DNA of 64,000 nt from Nitrospirota bacterium (GTDB taxonomy: Bacteria > Nitrospirota > UBA9217). Positions within the stretch are counted from its first letter, which is position 1, and the number at the start of each line of letters is the position of its first letter. Below the pieces are notes generated by a model. The model worked only from the letters and a program-made list of their open reading frames with translations. It ran no database searches and was not told the DNA's origin. The DNA lies in assembly GCA_963845065.1 (NCBI GenBank), contig CAWJQQ010000009.1, forward strand, positions 768,001-832,000, given 5' to 3'. This document shows, in pieces, positions 53,516 through 63,145 of this stretch. The translations under genes and the position numbers were made by a program.

Positions 53516-54682
53516 CTACAATGCGCATATGGAATCTAATTGAGCTGCCGTAAAAGTCTGTGGGGTAGCACCGGCAATTGAGACTGTTACTAACTCATTG
53601 GGCAAGAAAGTTACGATCACGTTCGAGTTGATCGTTACGAGCCCTGCCTGTGTTAAGCCGTTGGAATCGAACTGTATGTTGTTAGTCGTGATAATTGAGA
53701 AAGTACCATCAAAACACTCTTCCGGAGTTGTTACAATGTCAAATGTTCCGTTTATATTTAGATAATTATTTCCTGAAGCGGCCGTTTTATAAGAAATTAT
53801 AAAATTCGTAAAGCTTACCGTGTTGTTGTAGTTGACTGTCGAATCGGTATCGGACACATAGAAGGTTATCGATTGAGAACCATTAATGGTCAGGGTGGCG
53901 ACATTATCGCTTGCGATATTGTTCGTTGTAGTAGTCAATTCCGAGTTGGCAGAAAGATTTATCAAAGTATCGAAATCATGGGTATGAAGGACATAGTTCC
54001 ATTCCTCAACTGTACCCGATGCGGCAATCGTATCCGTCGTAGGTGAAGTCGTGTTTGTTGTAAATAACATGTCGATGGTGGCTTGGTACATGTCGATAGC
54101 TGTTGTTGATGTGGCAGAGGCAAAATCAGTTACCGTGAAAGGGCTGCCAGAAGATCCGATCGTATAGACTTCTGCCGTTCCAGATGAGATTTGCATTTGA
54201 CCATTGGATAACATGGAACCATCTAAGCAGGCATTATAGGTCAGTGTATAAGTTGAAACGCCGTCGTAATCCACAGTTAAGCTGTTTATGCTATTCTGAG
54301 GAGCCGTTGTTGACAGCCCAGTTGCGCAGGAGTACGCAATGGGAAATCCTGTGGCAGATGCCTTAATAGCTTGTACTTTACTCAGAGCAGGGCTAAAGCG
54401 AGCAACAAATTTGCTCACTGCCGTTGCTTTGACATTAGTCTCAGCAAATTCTTTTAGACTGTGTGCGGCCAGACTAACACCCGTACCCCCTGCAGACGCT
54501 AAGTTCGAAAGTTGAACATTCGTGTTTAAAACGTTAAGTGCGGAAGTTACGCTTTCTGAAGCAACCTGTGCACCTTGAGTGGTTGTGAGGTTACTATTAC
54601 CTCCTTTTCCACATGCTGCAAAAAAAATTAATAGGCCAAGTACTATTATCGTTATGAGTGCAAAGAGACCAAATGTTTTCAT
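53516..54682 (-). CDS. Thr/Ser-rich hypothetical lipoprotein
   Basis: FAAC lipobox; long open frame; no family recognised. Confidence 0.75.
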   Translation of the reverse strand: MKTFGLFALITIIVLGLLIFFAACGKGGNSNLTTTQGAQVASESVTSALNVLNTNVQLSNLASAGGTGVSLAAHSLKEFAETNVKATAVSKFVARFSPALSKVQAIKASATGFPIAYSCATGLSTTAPQNSINSLTVDYDGVSTYTLTYNACLDGSMLSNGQMQISSGTAEVYTIGSSGSPFTVTDFASATSTTAIDMYQATIDMLFTTNTTSPTTDTIAASGTVEEWNYVLHTHDFDTLINLSANSELTTTTNNIASDNVATLTINGSQSITFYVSDTDSTVNYNNTVSFTNFIISYKTAASGNNYLNINGTFDIVTTPEECFDGTFSIITTNNIQFDSNGLTQAGLVTINSNVIVTFLPNELVTVSIAGATPQTFTAAQLDSICAL

Positions 54683-55259
54683 GCGACCCCCTTTGTGTAA
54701 TACAAACAAGCCGCTCTGCGGCAAACGAGCAAGTCATACTTTCCGTGCCCATCCCTGCTTCGTCTGATGTTTCCTGATTAATTACTATGCTACCATACAT
54801 CTCCAGTGTAGTTCAATCTTATTGAACAAAGAGAGTACGATCATGGAAAATTGGTTCGAGAAGTCCCCGGTTGGCAATCAGCCTGGTGCAAGGAGCGCTC
54901 AGAAGAGCCAAACGCGGTGTGGGTAATGAGAAACGTGACTTTTCCGTGAACATATTGCGTTATTCAACGCGACCCACTTGCTCGATGCCGCCGCGAATCT
55001 GTGCGCGATCCAGTGGTCTATGGGTCACGATCGACTTGAAATCTCGATGATCTATCTCCAACTGTTGCCAGGGGTCGGATGCCTTCAAACTCGTTGACTA
55101 GTTCATTATAGGGTTTTCATCATGGAAACGGTCAATGACATTGCTCGCGTCTTTGTTCCGAAGTACATATCGTGGGTCCAGCGAGGTATAAGCTATACTT
55201 GATGAACATATCAAAGCGATAACCTCCCGCCTGATGATGATTACGAACCAGGTTAATGC

Positions 55260-55410
55260 CTTTTCCTCAGGAGAATTACGATCTTGGCCAAGGTCATTCA
55301 CTCGCCATCGGTAAGCCGGAGAAGGTATTTGAGTTGATTTCGTAATATACGGTTTCCAGTCCACAGGTATTCGTTACGCAGAAGCAATTCCTGATCAATA
55401 GATTCAAAAA
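55260..55410 (-). pseudogene. N-terminal relic of an integrase-core transposase
   Basis: SIDQELLLRNEYLWTGNRILRNQLKYLLRLTDGE*; same family as 2660-3030. Confidence 0.55.
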
Positions 55411-55861
55411 TAAAGGCAGGCAGGTGTTTCCAGTCCTCATGGTACTCCCATTGCTAGGATTTTGGAAAATAGCGGGGAGAGTATATACGCTTCACGAGGT
55501 GAGTTCAAGAGTAAAAAAAGGGAGGAACCAAGCAGTCAGAATTATTATACAAAATTATGGTTTTGAATTTATTTGGCATTCAATTGTAACGTTTTTTTTA
55601 CATTGACTTTCCTCTGCCCGTGATGGCGTATCAAATGTCTGCTAAAAAAAACAGTTTCAAGCTGATCCAAAACATTTTTAATCACGGAAGTTAGACCCCG
55701 TAGCTTTGTGCTACGGGGTGTCTTACGTTTTGGTTCCAACTAGGTTACGCTCCCTGCTTACCTGCTGGTTTCAATTCCCGGCAGGTGAAAACGAGTTAAG
55801 CGGGTTGTTAATCTACATGTTGCAGTTAAAGACCGACAGGCGTCTTATAATACATAAATGT

Positions 55862-56416
55862 TTATCCAGCTTGCTTCATATGATGATCTGAATGTGATTT
55901 ATGCATTAGCTCGGTCAGTTTTTTCCGCTGGTCTGGCGTTAACTTTGCTTTAATTTCTTCGCGCGCTTTAATCACATTAAGTATCATGGTGGTTTTCAAA
56001 CCTTCGATCTTTTTTACTTGCGATTCGACGGCACTCATGTCCACGCTGTCCTTGTGGAGCAACTCGCGAAGCTCAATTCTTGCGATCTCTATGTCGGCTC
56101 GCTTCTGGATCATATCCTTCTTCAGGGTACTACGAATATCGTGTATAGCGGTTTTTTGGGCGTCAGTAAGATCAAGCTGTTTAAAAGCTTGCCATAGATG
56201 ACCGTGCCTACCGTGGTGAATGCCTGTCTGCCCTCTTTCACACCCGTGGAATGGCGCTGGCCTGCTGCACTGCGACATGGGATCACCATGTTCGTGACCC
56301 TCATCGGCATAAGCATTATTTGCTAGTGAAATCTGTGTTGAAATCAATAAACCCAAAGAGAATAAACCCCCAACGACAAAATATCCATACTTCCGTACTG
56401 CTTGCAAACCAACCAT
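55862..56416 (-). CDS. Spy/CpxP family periplasmic chaperone / metal sensor
   Basis: LDLTDAQK and LTPDQR (LTxxQ) motifs; His-rich N-region; AGGAGG RBS. Confidence 0.88.
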   Translation of the reverse strand: MVGLQAVRKYGYFVVGGLFSLGLLISTQISLANNAYADEGHEHGDPMSQCSRPAPFHGCERGQTGIHHGRHGHLWQAFKQLDLTDAQKTAIHDIRSTLKKDMIQKRADIEIARIELRELLHKDSVDMSAVESQVKKIEGLKTTMILNVIKAREEIKAKLTPDQRKKLTELMHKSHSDHHMKQAG

Positions 56417-56889
56417 TGTTTTTTCCTCCTTCTTAAAATAATTTTGACGAACAGCACCCGGCTTTTGCATAATCTTATTTACTTATTTCGAAAGTCATAG
56501 TATAGACACAGATAATGTGAAAAGGTTTAATCCAAGTTTCAGGTGAAACAGTTTGATATACGTAGAAGGAAAAAGGTAAGGCATGCACATGTTAAAAAGA
56601 AGGAGAATGGCCTAAAATTCTCTACTCGTGTTTAAAATTGTCCCCAACTTACTCCCTAAAGTTTTACGATCGGACAGCATGTTGCATATTTGTGATAATA
56701 TTCGTAAATAGTTTTTTGTTTGCCGCAATCTTGCAGACGATAAAGGAGGTAAATTTAAATTTCAGGAAGAAGATCATGATAAGAGCCATAAGAAAATCGG
56801 TTCATTATTTATCGCTGTGCATCTTCCTGCGATCTTCATTAAGCCTTCTTGGGATCTGCTTCAAGTAGAATATGGAAATTGTAGGTAGG

Positions 56890-57030
56890 CTAGGGCAGGA
56901 ACTGACCGAAGTAACGCGCGGGGAGATGGAAGTAAGTCGAGCTAAGAGTCATGTTTTCAGGTCGCATCTATCTGTGAACCATGAAACATCCACTACAATC
57001 GCTCTTGCGGTTTAGTGACGGGAGAGTTAA
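56890..57030 (+). ncRNA. Orphan TnpB omegaRNA-like / right-end remnant (family-C-like)
   Basis: GGCAGGAACT..CGAA..ACGC..GGGGAGA..GAACCA aligns with 22549-22615; degenerate end hairpin; no tnpB coding sequence attached. Confidence 0.55.
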
Positions 57031-57233
57031 TAATAATGTGTATGATTTCAGTATGCATTCTAATTCGTGGTATAATAACGCCCATCAATAATTCGTGCTA
57101 GCAAAGAGTAACAATGCTTCTTCCTGAAGTTTACGACCGGTGCATCCTGCTGAACTTGTAGACTTCACATGATACTTGAAGTTTAAAAATACAAGACTAA
57201 GTAGTTTAAAATTTTAACGCACCTATTTTTTTT

Positions 57234-58721
57234 ATGTCAAACACAAACGATAAACAATCCCGCGTTCTCTTGCAAAGAATCGCTCGTCATGCGATGATCG
57301 AGCGGGGGCTGCTTCCGGACTTCTCTTCTCAGGCAATTTCCGAACTCGACCAGCTTCATGGTCCAGCGACAAAAAAGGAAAAGGCAACGCGTGATCTGCG
57401 AGAACTACTCTGGTGTTCCATCGACAACGATGACTCACGCGATCTGGACCAGTTGACTGTTGCAGAGGCCATGCCCGATGGAAGCGTTAAAGTTCTGGTC
57501 GCAGTCGCTGATGTAGACGCTATGGTAAAAAAGAACTCAGCGATCGACGAACACGCAGGCAAGAATACTACGTCGGTATATACTGCTGCCATGATCTTTC
57601 CAATGCTGCCAGAAAAACTTTCGACGGACCTTACATCTCTCAACTATTCGTCAGAACGGCTTGCGTTGATCATTGAATTGATTGTGGGGGCGGAGGGGGC
57701 ACTGCTGCGTTCCGATGTGTATGAAGCGATTGTCCGAAATCATGCAAAATTGACCTACAACAGCGTTGCAGCCTGGCTTGAGGGCATTGGTGCAATCACA
57801 TCAGGAATCAGCGCCATTCCAGGTCTTGAAGAGAACCTCCGGATCCAGGACCGCGTCGCCCAGCAGCTGAAGCAACTCAGACATGAGCACGGCGCACTTA
57901 CTCTTGAAACGGTGGAGGCAAGGCTGGTGTTTGACGCCGATGAACTCAAAGATTTTCAGGCCGAACGAAAAAACAGGGCTAAAGACATAATCGAGGACTT
58001 TATGATCGCGGCAAATGGCGCGACGGCACGTTTTCTCTCCGCTAGGGGTCTGCCATCGTTCCGGCGCGTGGTCCGAACACCGAAGCGGTGGGATCGGATT
58101 ATAGAGCTGGCCAAAGACCATGGCTACGTGCTTCCCGAGGATCCTGATGCAAAGGCTCTGGAGGCGTTCCTCATTCAGTCACAAAAGGCTGATCCGCTCC
58201 GATTTCCGGATCTTTCCCTTGCAATCATTAAGCTGCTTGGCGCTGGTGAATATGTGCTTGAAGTATCGGGAGGCGATACAAGCGGTCACTTTGGACTTGC
58301 GGTCCAGGATTATTCCCACTCCACGGCCCCGAACCGCCGCTATCCGGACCTGATCACACAGCGCTTACTGAAGGCAGCCTTGGCCGAACAGCAGATGCCG
58401 TACAAGAACGGAGAGCTATCGGCACTGGCAAAACACTGCACAGAAAAAGAAGACGCAGCAAAGAAGGTCGAACGACAGGTCAGAAAATCTGCGGCGGCAT
58501 TGCTGCTGAAGCACAGGATCGGGGAGCAATTCGATGCCATCGTAACGGGCGCTGCGGAAAAAGGTACCTGGGTCCGACTTCTTGATCCGCCTATAGAAGG
58601 AAGGCTGACGAGCGGTTTCGAAGGCATCGATGTGGGCTACAGGGTCCGCGTTCAGCTTATGCACACGGATGTGGAACGCGGCTATATTGACTTCAGGAGA
58701 GTCGGGAAAGGAAAGTCATAG
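57234..58721 (+). CDS. RNB-domain exoribonuclease (short RNase II/R family member)
   Basis: SIDNDDSRDLDQ, IEDFMIAAN, HFGLA and HSTAPNRRYPD motifs; C-terminal S1-like domain. Confidence 0.92.
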   Translation: MSNTNDKQSRVLLQRIARHAMIERGLLPDFSSQAISELDQLHGPATKKEKATRDLRELLWCSIDNDDSRDLDQLTVAEAMPDGSVKVLVAVADVDAMVKKNSAIDEHAGKNTTSVYTAAMIFPMLPEKLSTDLTSLNYSSERLALIIELIVGAEGALLRSDVYEAIVRNHAKLTYNSVAAWLEGIGAITSGISAIPGLEENLRIQDRVAQQLKQLRHEHGALTLETVEARLVFDADELKDFQAERKNRAKDIIEDFMIAANGATARFLSARGLPSFRRVVRTPKRWDRIIELAKDHGYVLPEDPDAKALEAFLIQSQKADPLRFPDLSLAIIKLLGAGEYVLEVSGGDTSGHFGLAVQDYSHSTAPNRRYPDLITQRLLKAALAEQQMPYKNGELSALAKHCTEKEDAAKKVERQVRKSAAALLLKHRIGEQFDAIVTGAAEKGTWVRLLDPPIEGRLTSGFEGIDVGYRVRVQLMHTDVERGYIDFRRVGKGKS

Positions 58722-58848
58722 TGGCAAAGAAGTAATAGTACCATGATCGCTAGAAAGCCATTTTCTTTTTTAATTATTTATCGTTTTTCTTAATTGATGC
58801 TTTAGATAATTTAAAAATCTTCATTCCATCAAGCCTAGCGATTGATGC

Positions 58849-59338
58849 ATGAACCTATGGAGAACGAGGGTGTTTCAACATCGTCTTTATATCGCTTTAA
58901 TGACTGTAATACTGCTGCTTTTTATAGGAGCTTCCTTTCAGAGGAACCGCGTTTGGCAAGACGAGGCGTGCGTTTGGAAGGATGTAGTGACAAAGAGCCC
59001 TGGTAACACCCGGGGGTACTTTAACCTCGGCTGTATCTACGCGAAACACGGTTGGTTTAAGGAATCCCTCAATATGTTTGACAAGTCTCTTACTGCAAAT
59101 CCCGAGCATATTGAAGCCTATGTTAGCCGGGGAAATGTGTATGACGACATAGGTTTGATGAATGAGGCGCTCAAAGATTAAAACCGAGCGATCACGATGA
59201 ACCACTGCTTACTTTGAAGGCGGTCTGTTATTTGAGAGGCACGGAATGAGTGACAACGCTCGGGCTGATTATAAAATGGGGTGTAATCTAGGATTCACTC
59301 CGGCGTGCAATGCGCTGCAGGCGGCGTTTAAAGAATAA
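58849..59338 (+). pseudogene. TPR-repeat protein pseudogene
   Basis: TPR pattern continues past an in-frame TAA at 59179-59181 and a frameshift (..ARADYKMGCNLG..). Confidence 0.7.
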
Positions 59339-59514
59339 AGAAAATAGCGTTCTGAAATGGACTAACATCTCATACTGTAAAAAAAACGTGATCGTCATGC
59401 CTCCATTTATTATTTTGTATTTTATCTCAATGCGCCGTAAGACCCCGGCCGTGAGGCCGGGGATATAAGGCGCTGGTTGTGAAGAAAACAAAGAATTGCT
59501 ATTTTCACGATACA

Positions 59515-59543
59515 TTGACAATTGTTCACCTTCCTGATATAAT
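59515..59543 (+). promoter_or_regulatory. Consensus sigma70 promoter of family-B tnpB
   Basis: TTGACA-17 nt-TATAAT, 7 nt before ATG 59551. Confidence 0.8.
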
Positions 59544-59550
59544 TACCACC

Positions 59551-60877
59551 ATGACTGATCGAGCAAAAGAGCCCGATGTACAAACAATGACTGTCGTTGG
59601 TAAAGCATTGGTATCGGACGACAGCACTGCTCTATCGCTCGGGCTGCTTGGTTTTTCCGCAACGAAGCTTTGGAACACCGCTGTGTGGCATACCAGGAAC
59701 GTCTGGATGGCCACGGGGAAAATACTCACCTACCCCGGAGCTTGATATTGCTCTTAAACAAGAGCATCCGCTCTGGTATCGCCGGCTGCACTCCCAGAGC
59801 TCTCAGGCAATCCTGGAAGAGCTTCGGCAGTCCTATCAATCATGGTTTGCACTCCGTAATAAAGGAGATAGGAAAGCCAACCCCCCTGGTTTCAGACGAA
59901 AAACTGATCTGTCAACGGTGACATTCAAACAAAGAGCCGTCACGTGGAATGAGCGTACCTCCATGGTGCGCCTCAGCATCCCGAAGGACATCTACGGAAA
60001 ACAATTTCTCTTTCTGAAGCTCCGCCTTCCTAACGGCACACGTCTTACCGAGGACAATGTCCAGATAGGCCGTCTGGTACATGATAAAGGCATGTGGTTT
60101 GTCCACCTGGTCTATACGATAACGCTCCCCGTATTGAAAGGAGAAAGGGAAACGATGGCAGCCGATCTTGGTATGAAGGATATGGCTGCCACGGCATGCA
60201 CGGATGGAAGCACATCCCTTTGGCCAGGCGGTGAGTTGGCCGCTCTCGAGCGGTACTTTGAAATGCAAAAGTCAAAGACGACCAACAGCAAGTCCCGGAA
60301 ATCAGGTGCGTTGAACCAGAAACGGTCTCGTCAGCGTTCCCACCTGCTCCACAGCTTTACCAAATCTCTTGTCCGCGATGCAGGAGCTCGCGGTGTCTCC
60401 ACGATCATCGTGGGGGACCTGAAGGACATCAGAGAAGGCAAAGACTGGGGAAAGAGCGGAAACCAGCAGTTCCATAAATGGCCGTTTGACCGGATCGTCA
60501 GGATGCTCACGTACAAAGCCAGACTCAAAGGCATCCGTGTTGTAGAAGAAAAGGAGCACTACACGAGCCAGACCTGCTGTGTATGCAACACAAGGGATAA
60601 GGCCAGCCGTGTGCATCGTGGCCTCTACGTTTGCAAGCATTGCGGCGCCGTAATTCATGCTGACGTGAACGGAGCAATCAACATTCTTAAAAAGTATCCC
60701 CCGGAACACAAAGGTGTCTCCTGGAGTAGTGGCTGTTTGGCACAGCCTTCGGTCAACCGGTTTGCCTGGAGAAATACCAGGCCAGCAGCATCAGCCCATG
60801 AACCGGGGACGTGGCAAACATCTCTGCCGCATCCGAAAACAGAATCAGCATTGGCTCTCAGTAGCAGGAGAGCCTGA
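59551..60877 (+). pseudogene. tnpB: tnpB with a single +1 frameshift (C run at 59733-59736)
   Basis: KLWNTA N-terminus in one frame and ELDIALK..ADLG..GDL..HADVNGA in the next; removing one C gives TYPELD. Confidence 0.85.
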
Positions 60878-60916
60878 TTCGGGAATCCCCGTCCGTGAGG
60901 CCGGAGAGGATATCAA

Positions 60917-61338
60917 CTTGGTGCAAGATGACTGGCATTCTATTGTGGATTTGTGTCATGAGTTCATTTGCATCGGTAGTAATGATTGTTGAAGTAAAGA
61001 TTTTCTCACATTCAGGTGATTTCCAATTGTTATAGAGACCCGCGAAACCCATTGGGTTCTTTGATTTGAGGCGGGTATAGTAGGTATCTTTACCTTGTCT
61101 ACCTTCATCCATTTATAAAACGCATCGGCAGGGATGAGGCAACGGTGATTTCCCAGGACGGCAAGAATCCCCAATGCTTGAAATAAGGCAGTTCTTCTTC
61201 CCGTTATTAACGACAATTGGAATATTCTGAGCCGGTGCAACATTAATAATTGGGCTTAATGTCGAAATATATTTCGTCTATCTGAAATATTTGGGCAATA
61301 AGCTCAATAGCAGCATGTATGTCAAATCTTCCGCACAT
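60917..61338 (-). pseudogene. SOS response-associated peptidase (SRAP/YedK family) pseudogene
   Basis: MCGRF start, NVAP, RCLIPADAFY and HNRMPVIL motifs; frameshifts and a deletion; cut by the tnpB element. Confidence 0.88.
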
Positions 61339-61377
61339 GAATCGATTATACCACGGGAACTATTCCTAAGATTGGGC

Positions 61378-61407
61378 TTGACAAGTGAACTATCGTTCAC
61401 TTATAAT
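61378..61407 (+). promoter_or_regulatory. lexA promoter with palindromic operator
   Basis: TTGACA-18 nt-TATAAT; AAGTGAAC-TATC-GTTCACTT (61383-61402) fills the spacer. Confidence 0.85.
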
Positions 61408-61413
61408 AATCCC

Positions 61414-62007
61414 ATGCCCAGAATTACTGACAAGGTAGAGCTTCAGAGCCGCATCCGTGAGATTGAGCTGTTTTACCGAAAGAACGGCAGGATGCCAAGT
61501 TATGCCGAGATTGGCAATTTGCTGGGGTTCAGCTCGAAGAATGCTGTGTCCAGACTAGTAGAGAAACTGGAAAAGCTTAATGTAGTTATCAGGGACAAGA
61601 CAGGCAAACTGGTTCCTAAATCGATGGCCATGCCGGTAAAGGTGCTCGGCACAGTTGAAGCAGGGTTCCCTAGTCCTGCTGAGGAAGAACTTGTAGATAA
61701 CCTTTCACTCGATGATTTACTGATTCAGAACCGAGAAGCTACCTTTCTCCTGAAAGTCAACGGAGATTCGATGACAGGAGCGGGAATTATGCAGGGGGAC
61801 ATGGTAATCGTTGATAAGGGATTGACTCCAAAGAGCGGGGACATCGTTATTGCACAGGTTGACGGTGAATGGACAATGAAGTATCTCCGCAAGCGTGGAG
61901 ACAATGTTACCCTCATCGCCGCCAATCCCAAGTATCAGCCCATCAAGCCTATAAACGAACTCAAGATCGCCGGTGTAGTCACCGCCGTAGTCAGGAAGTA
62001 TCAATAA
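61414..62007 (+). CDS. lexA: LexA-like repressor (HTH plus S24 peptidase with UmuD-like cleavage region)
   Basis: MPSYAEIG HTH; VEAGFPSPA cleavage site; GDSM Ser and TMK Lys catalytic motifs. Confidence 0.85.
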   Translation: MPRITDKVELQSRIREIELFYRKNGRMPSYAEIGNLLGFSSKNAVSRLVEKLEKLNVVIRDKTGKLVPKSMAMPVKVLGTVEAGFPSPAEEELVDNLSLDDLLIQNREATFLLKVNGDSMTGAGIMQGDMVIVDKGLTPKSGDIVIAQVDGEWTMKYLRKRGDNVTLIAANPKYQPIKPINELKIAGVVTAVVRKYQ

Positions 62008-62024
62008 TCTTCAATTAATATATT

Positions 62025-63068
62025 AGTGATGCTGATACGTTAAAACTTGCTCGGGGAATTTTTAAACACATCCTATCGAAACACAGAAAGCCCTCTATGC
62101 TGCATATCAATATGACGCTTGATAGTAAAGTAGCGTTGGTATCCGATAAGACCCCAGAACAAGCAAAGCATTTCGACCATTGGGTCCGGTTCTCTACACT
62201 GGAAAAGAGAAAGCCTGTCTATATCCCGATTAACAGTAACAACTATTATGAAAATATTCCAGGAACGGTAAAGAAATTCGTATAAGTCAATGTTTCTGAG
62301 GCAGAAGTCTCTTTTTCATTCGTTAAGGATGTACCGGCAAATAAGGATTACTTACCTGAAACATCCAAGCTGTCTCTTGATCTGGGTTTTGCTACGCTCT
62401 TCGCAAGTAATAAAGGCGATCTTTTTGGCAGAACCTTTTTAAAAAATATGATGCTCTCATTACGTCATTGGCGCAGAATGGGCAGCGGCAAGGGATAAGA
62501 ATCCGGTCACCACGCTACGATAATTTAGTCGTCAATCTCCGAGAATTCATGAAAAACTAGATTAACCGGGTATTGAACCGCGCCGTTGACATTCACAAAC
62601 CTGTGGAACTCACTGTAGAGCGCCTTGAATTCAGAAGCCCCGAGCTTTCAAAACGAATGAACCAGCTTATATCGAGATTTGGAAATCCATAGTCAACACC
62701 AAGCTTGAATCTCTAAAGTCGACTTTTGGCATAAAGATCACTGAAACTAACCATTCTATTCATCTCAGGAATGTTCTGTATGCGGCTATGTGGATAAAGG
62801 CAATAGAATTACTCAATCGCAATTTCCATGCAAATGTTGTAACGCAGAATTTCATGCTGATGTAAGCGGAGCTCGTAATCACCGTGCCAGAAGTTCTGAT
62901 ACGGTCATCAACGTTTACAAAAGCACGAAATCAGTACTTCATATCATGACCGAAAGATTCCTGTCAAATATGGAGCGTAGTACACACCACCATAGAATGG
63001 CTCCGGGCTTACTGTCGTCGAATCCTTATTTTGCAGGACCGCTGGCACAGCCCAAAGGGGTTTTATAG
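62025..63068 (+). pseudogene. tnpB: Degraded tnpB of a separate lineage (IS607-associated type, tentative)
   Basis: LDLGFATLFAS, VERLEF, SSQECSVCG and HADVSGARN motifs; stops at about 62283 and 62558 and several frameshifts; 5' end missing. Confidence 0.8.
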
Positions 63069-63145
63069 GTAGTAATGGTTTTCTATAAAAATTCGTACTA
63101 TCACCCGATTCCGCTTTAATCCTCCTCGTAGGATAGGTGCCAGTC

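Larger units (their letters stand above)
59426..60916 (+). mobile_element. Solo-tnpB IS200/IS605 element, family B
   Basis: TTAT target; left end AAGA-CCCCGGCCGTGAGGCCGGGG; right end GAAT-hairpin-TCAA. Confidence 0.88.

Noticed and set aside
59179..59181. Stop-codon readthrough in the TPR gene
   Set aside because: The codon is TAA and a frameshift follows, so this is ordinary decay.
61291..61413. N-terminal extension of LexA in the ORF track
   Set aside because: It overlaps the SRAP start, the promoter and the operator; ATG 61414 fits better.
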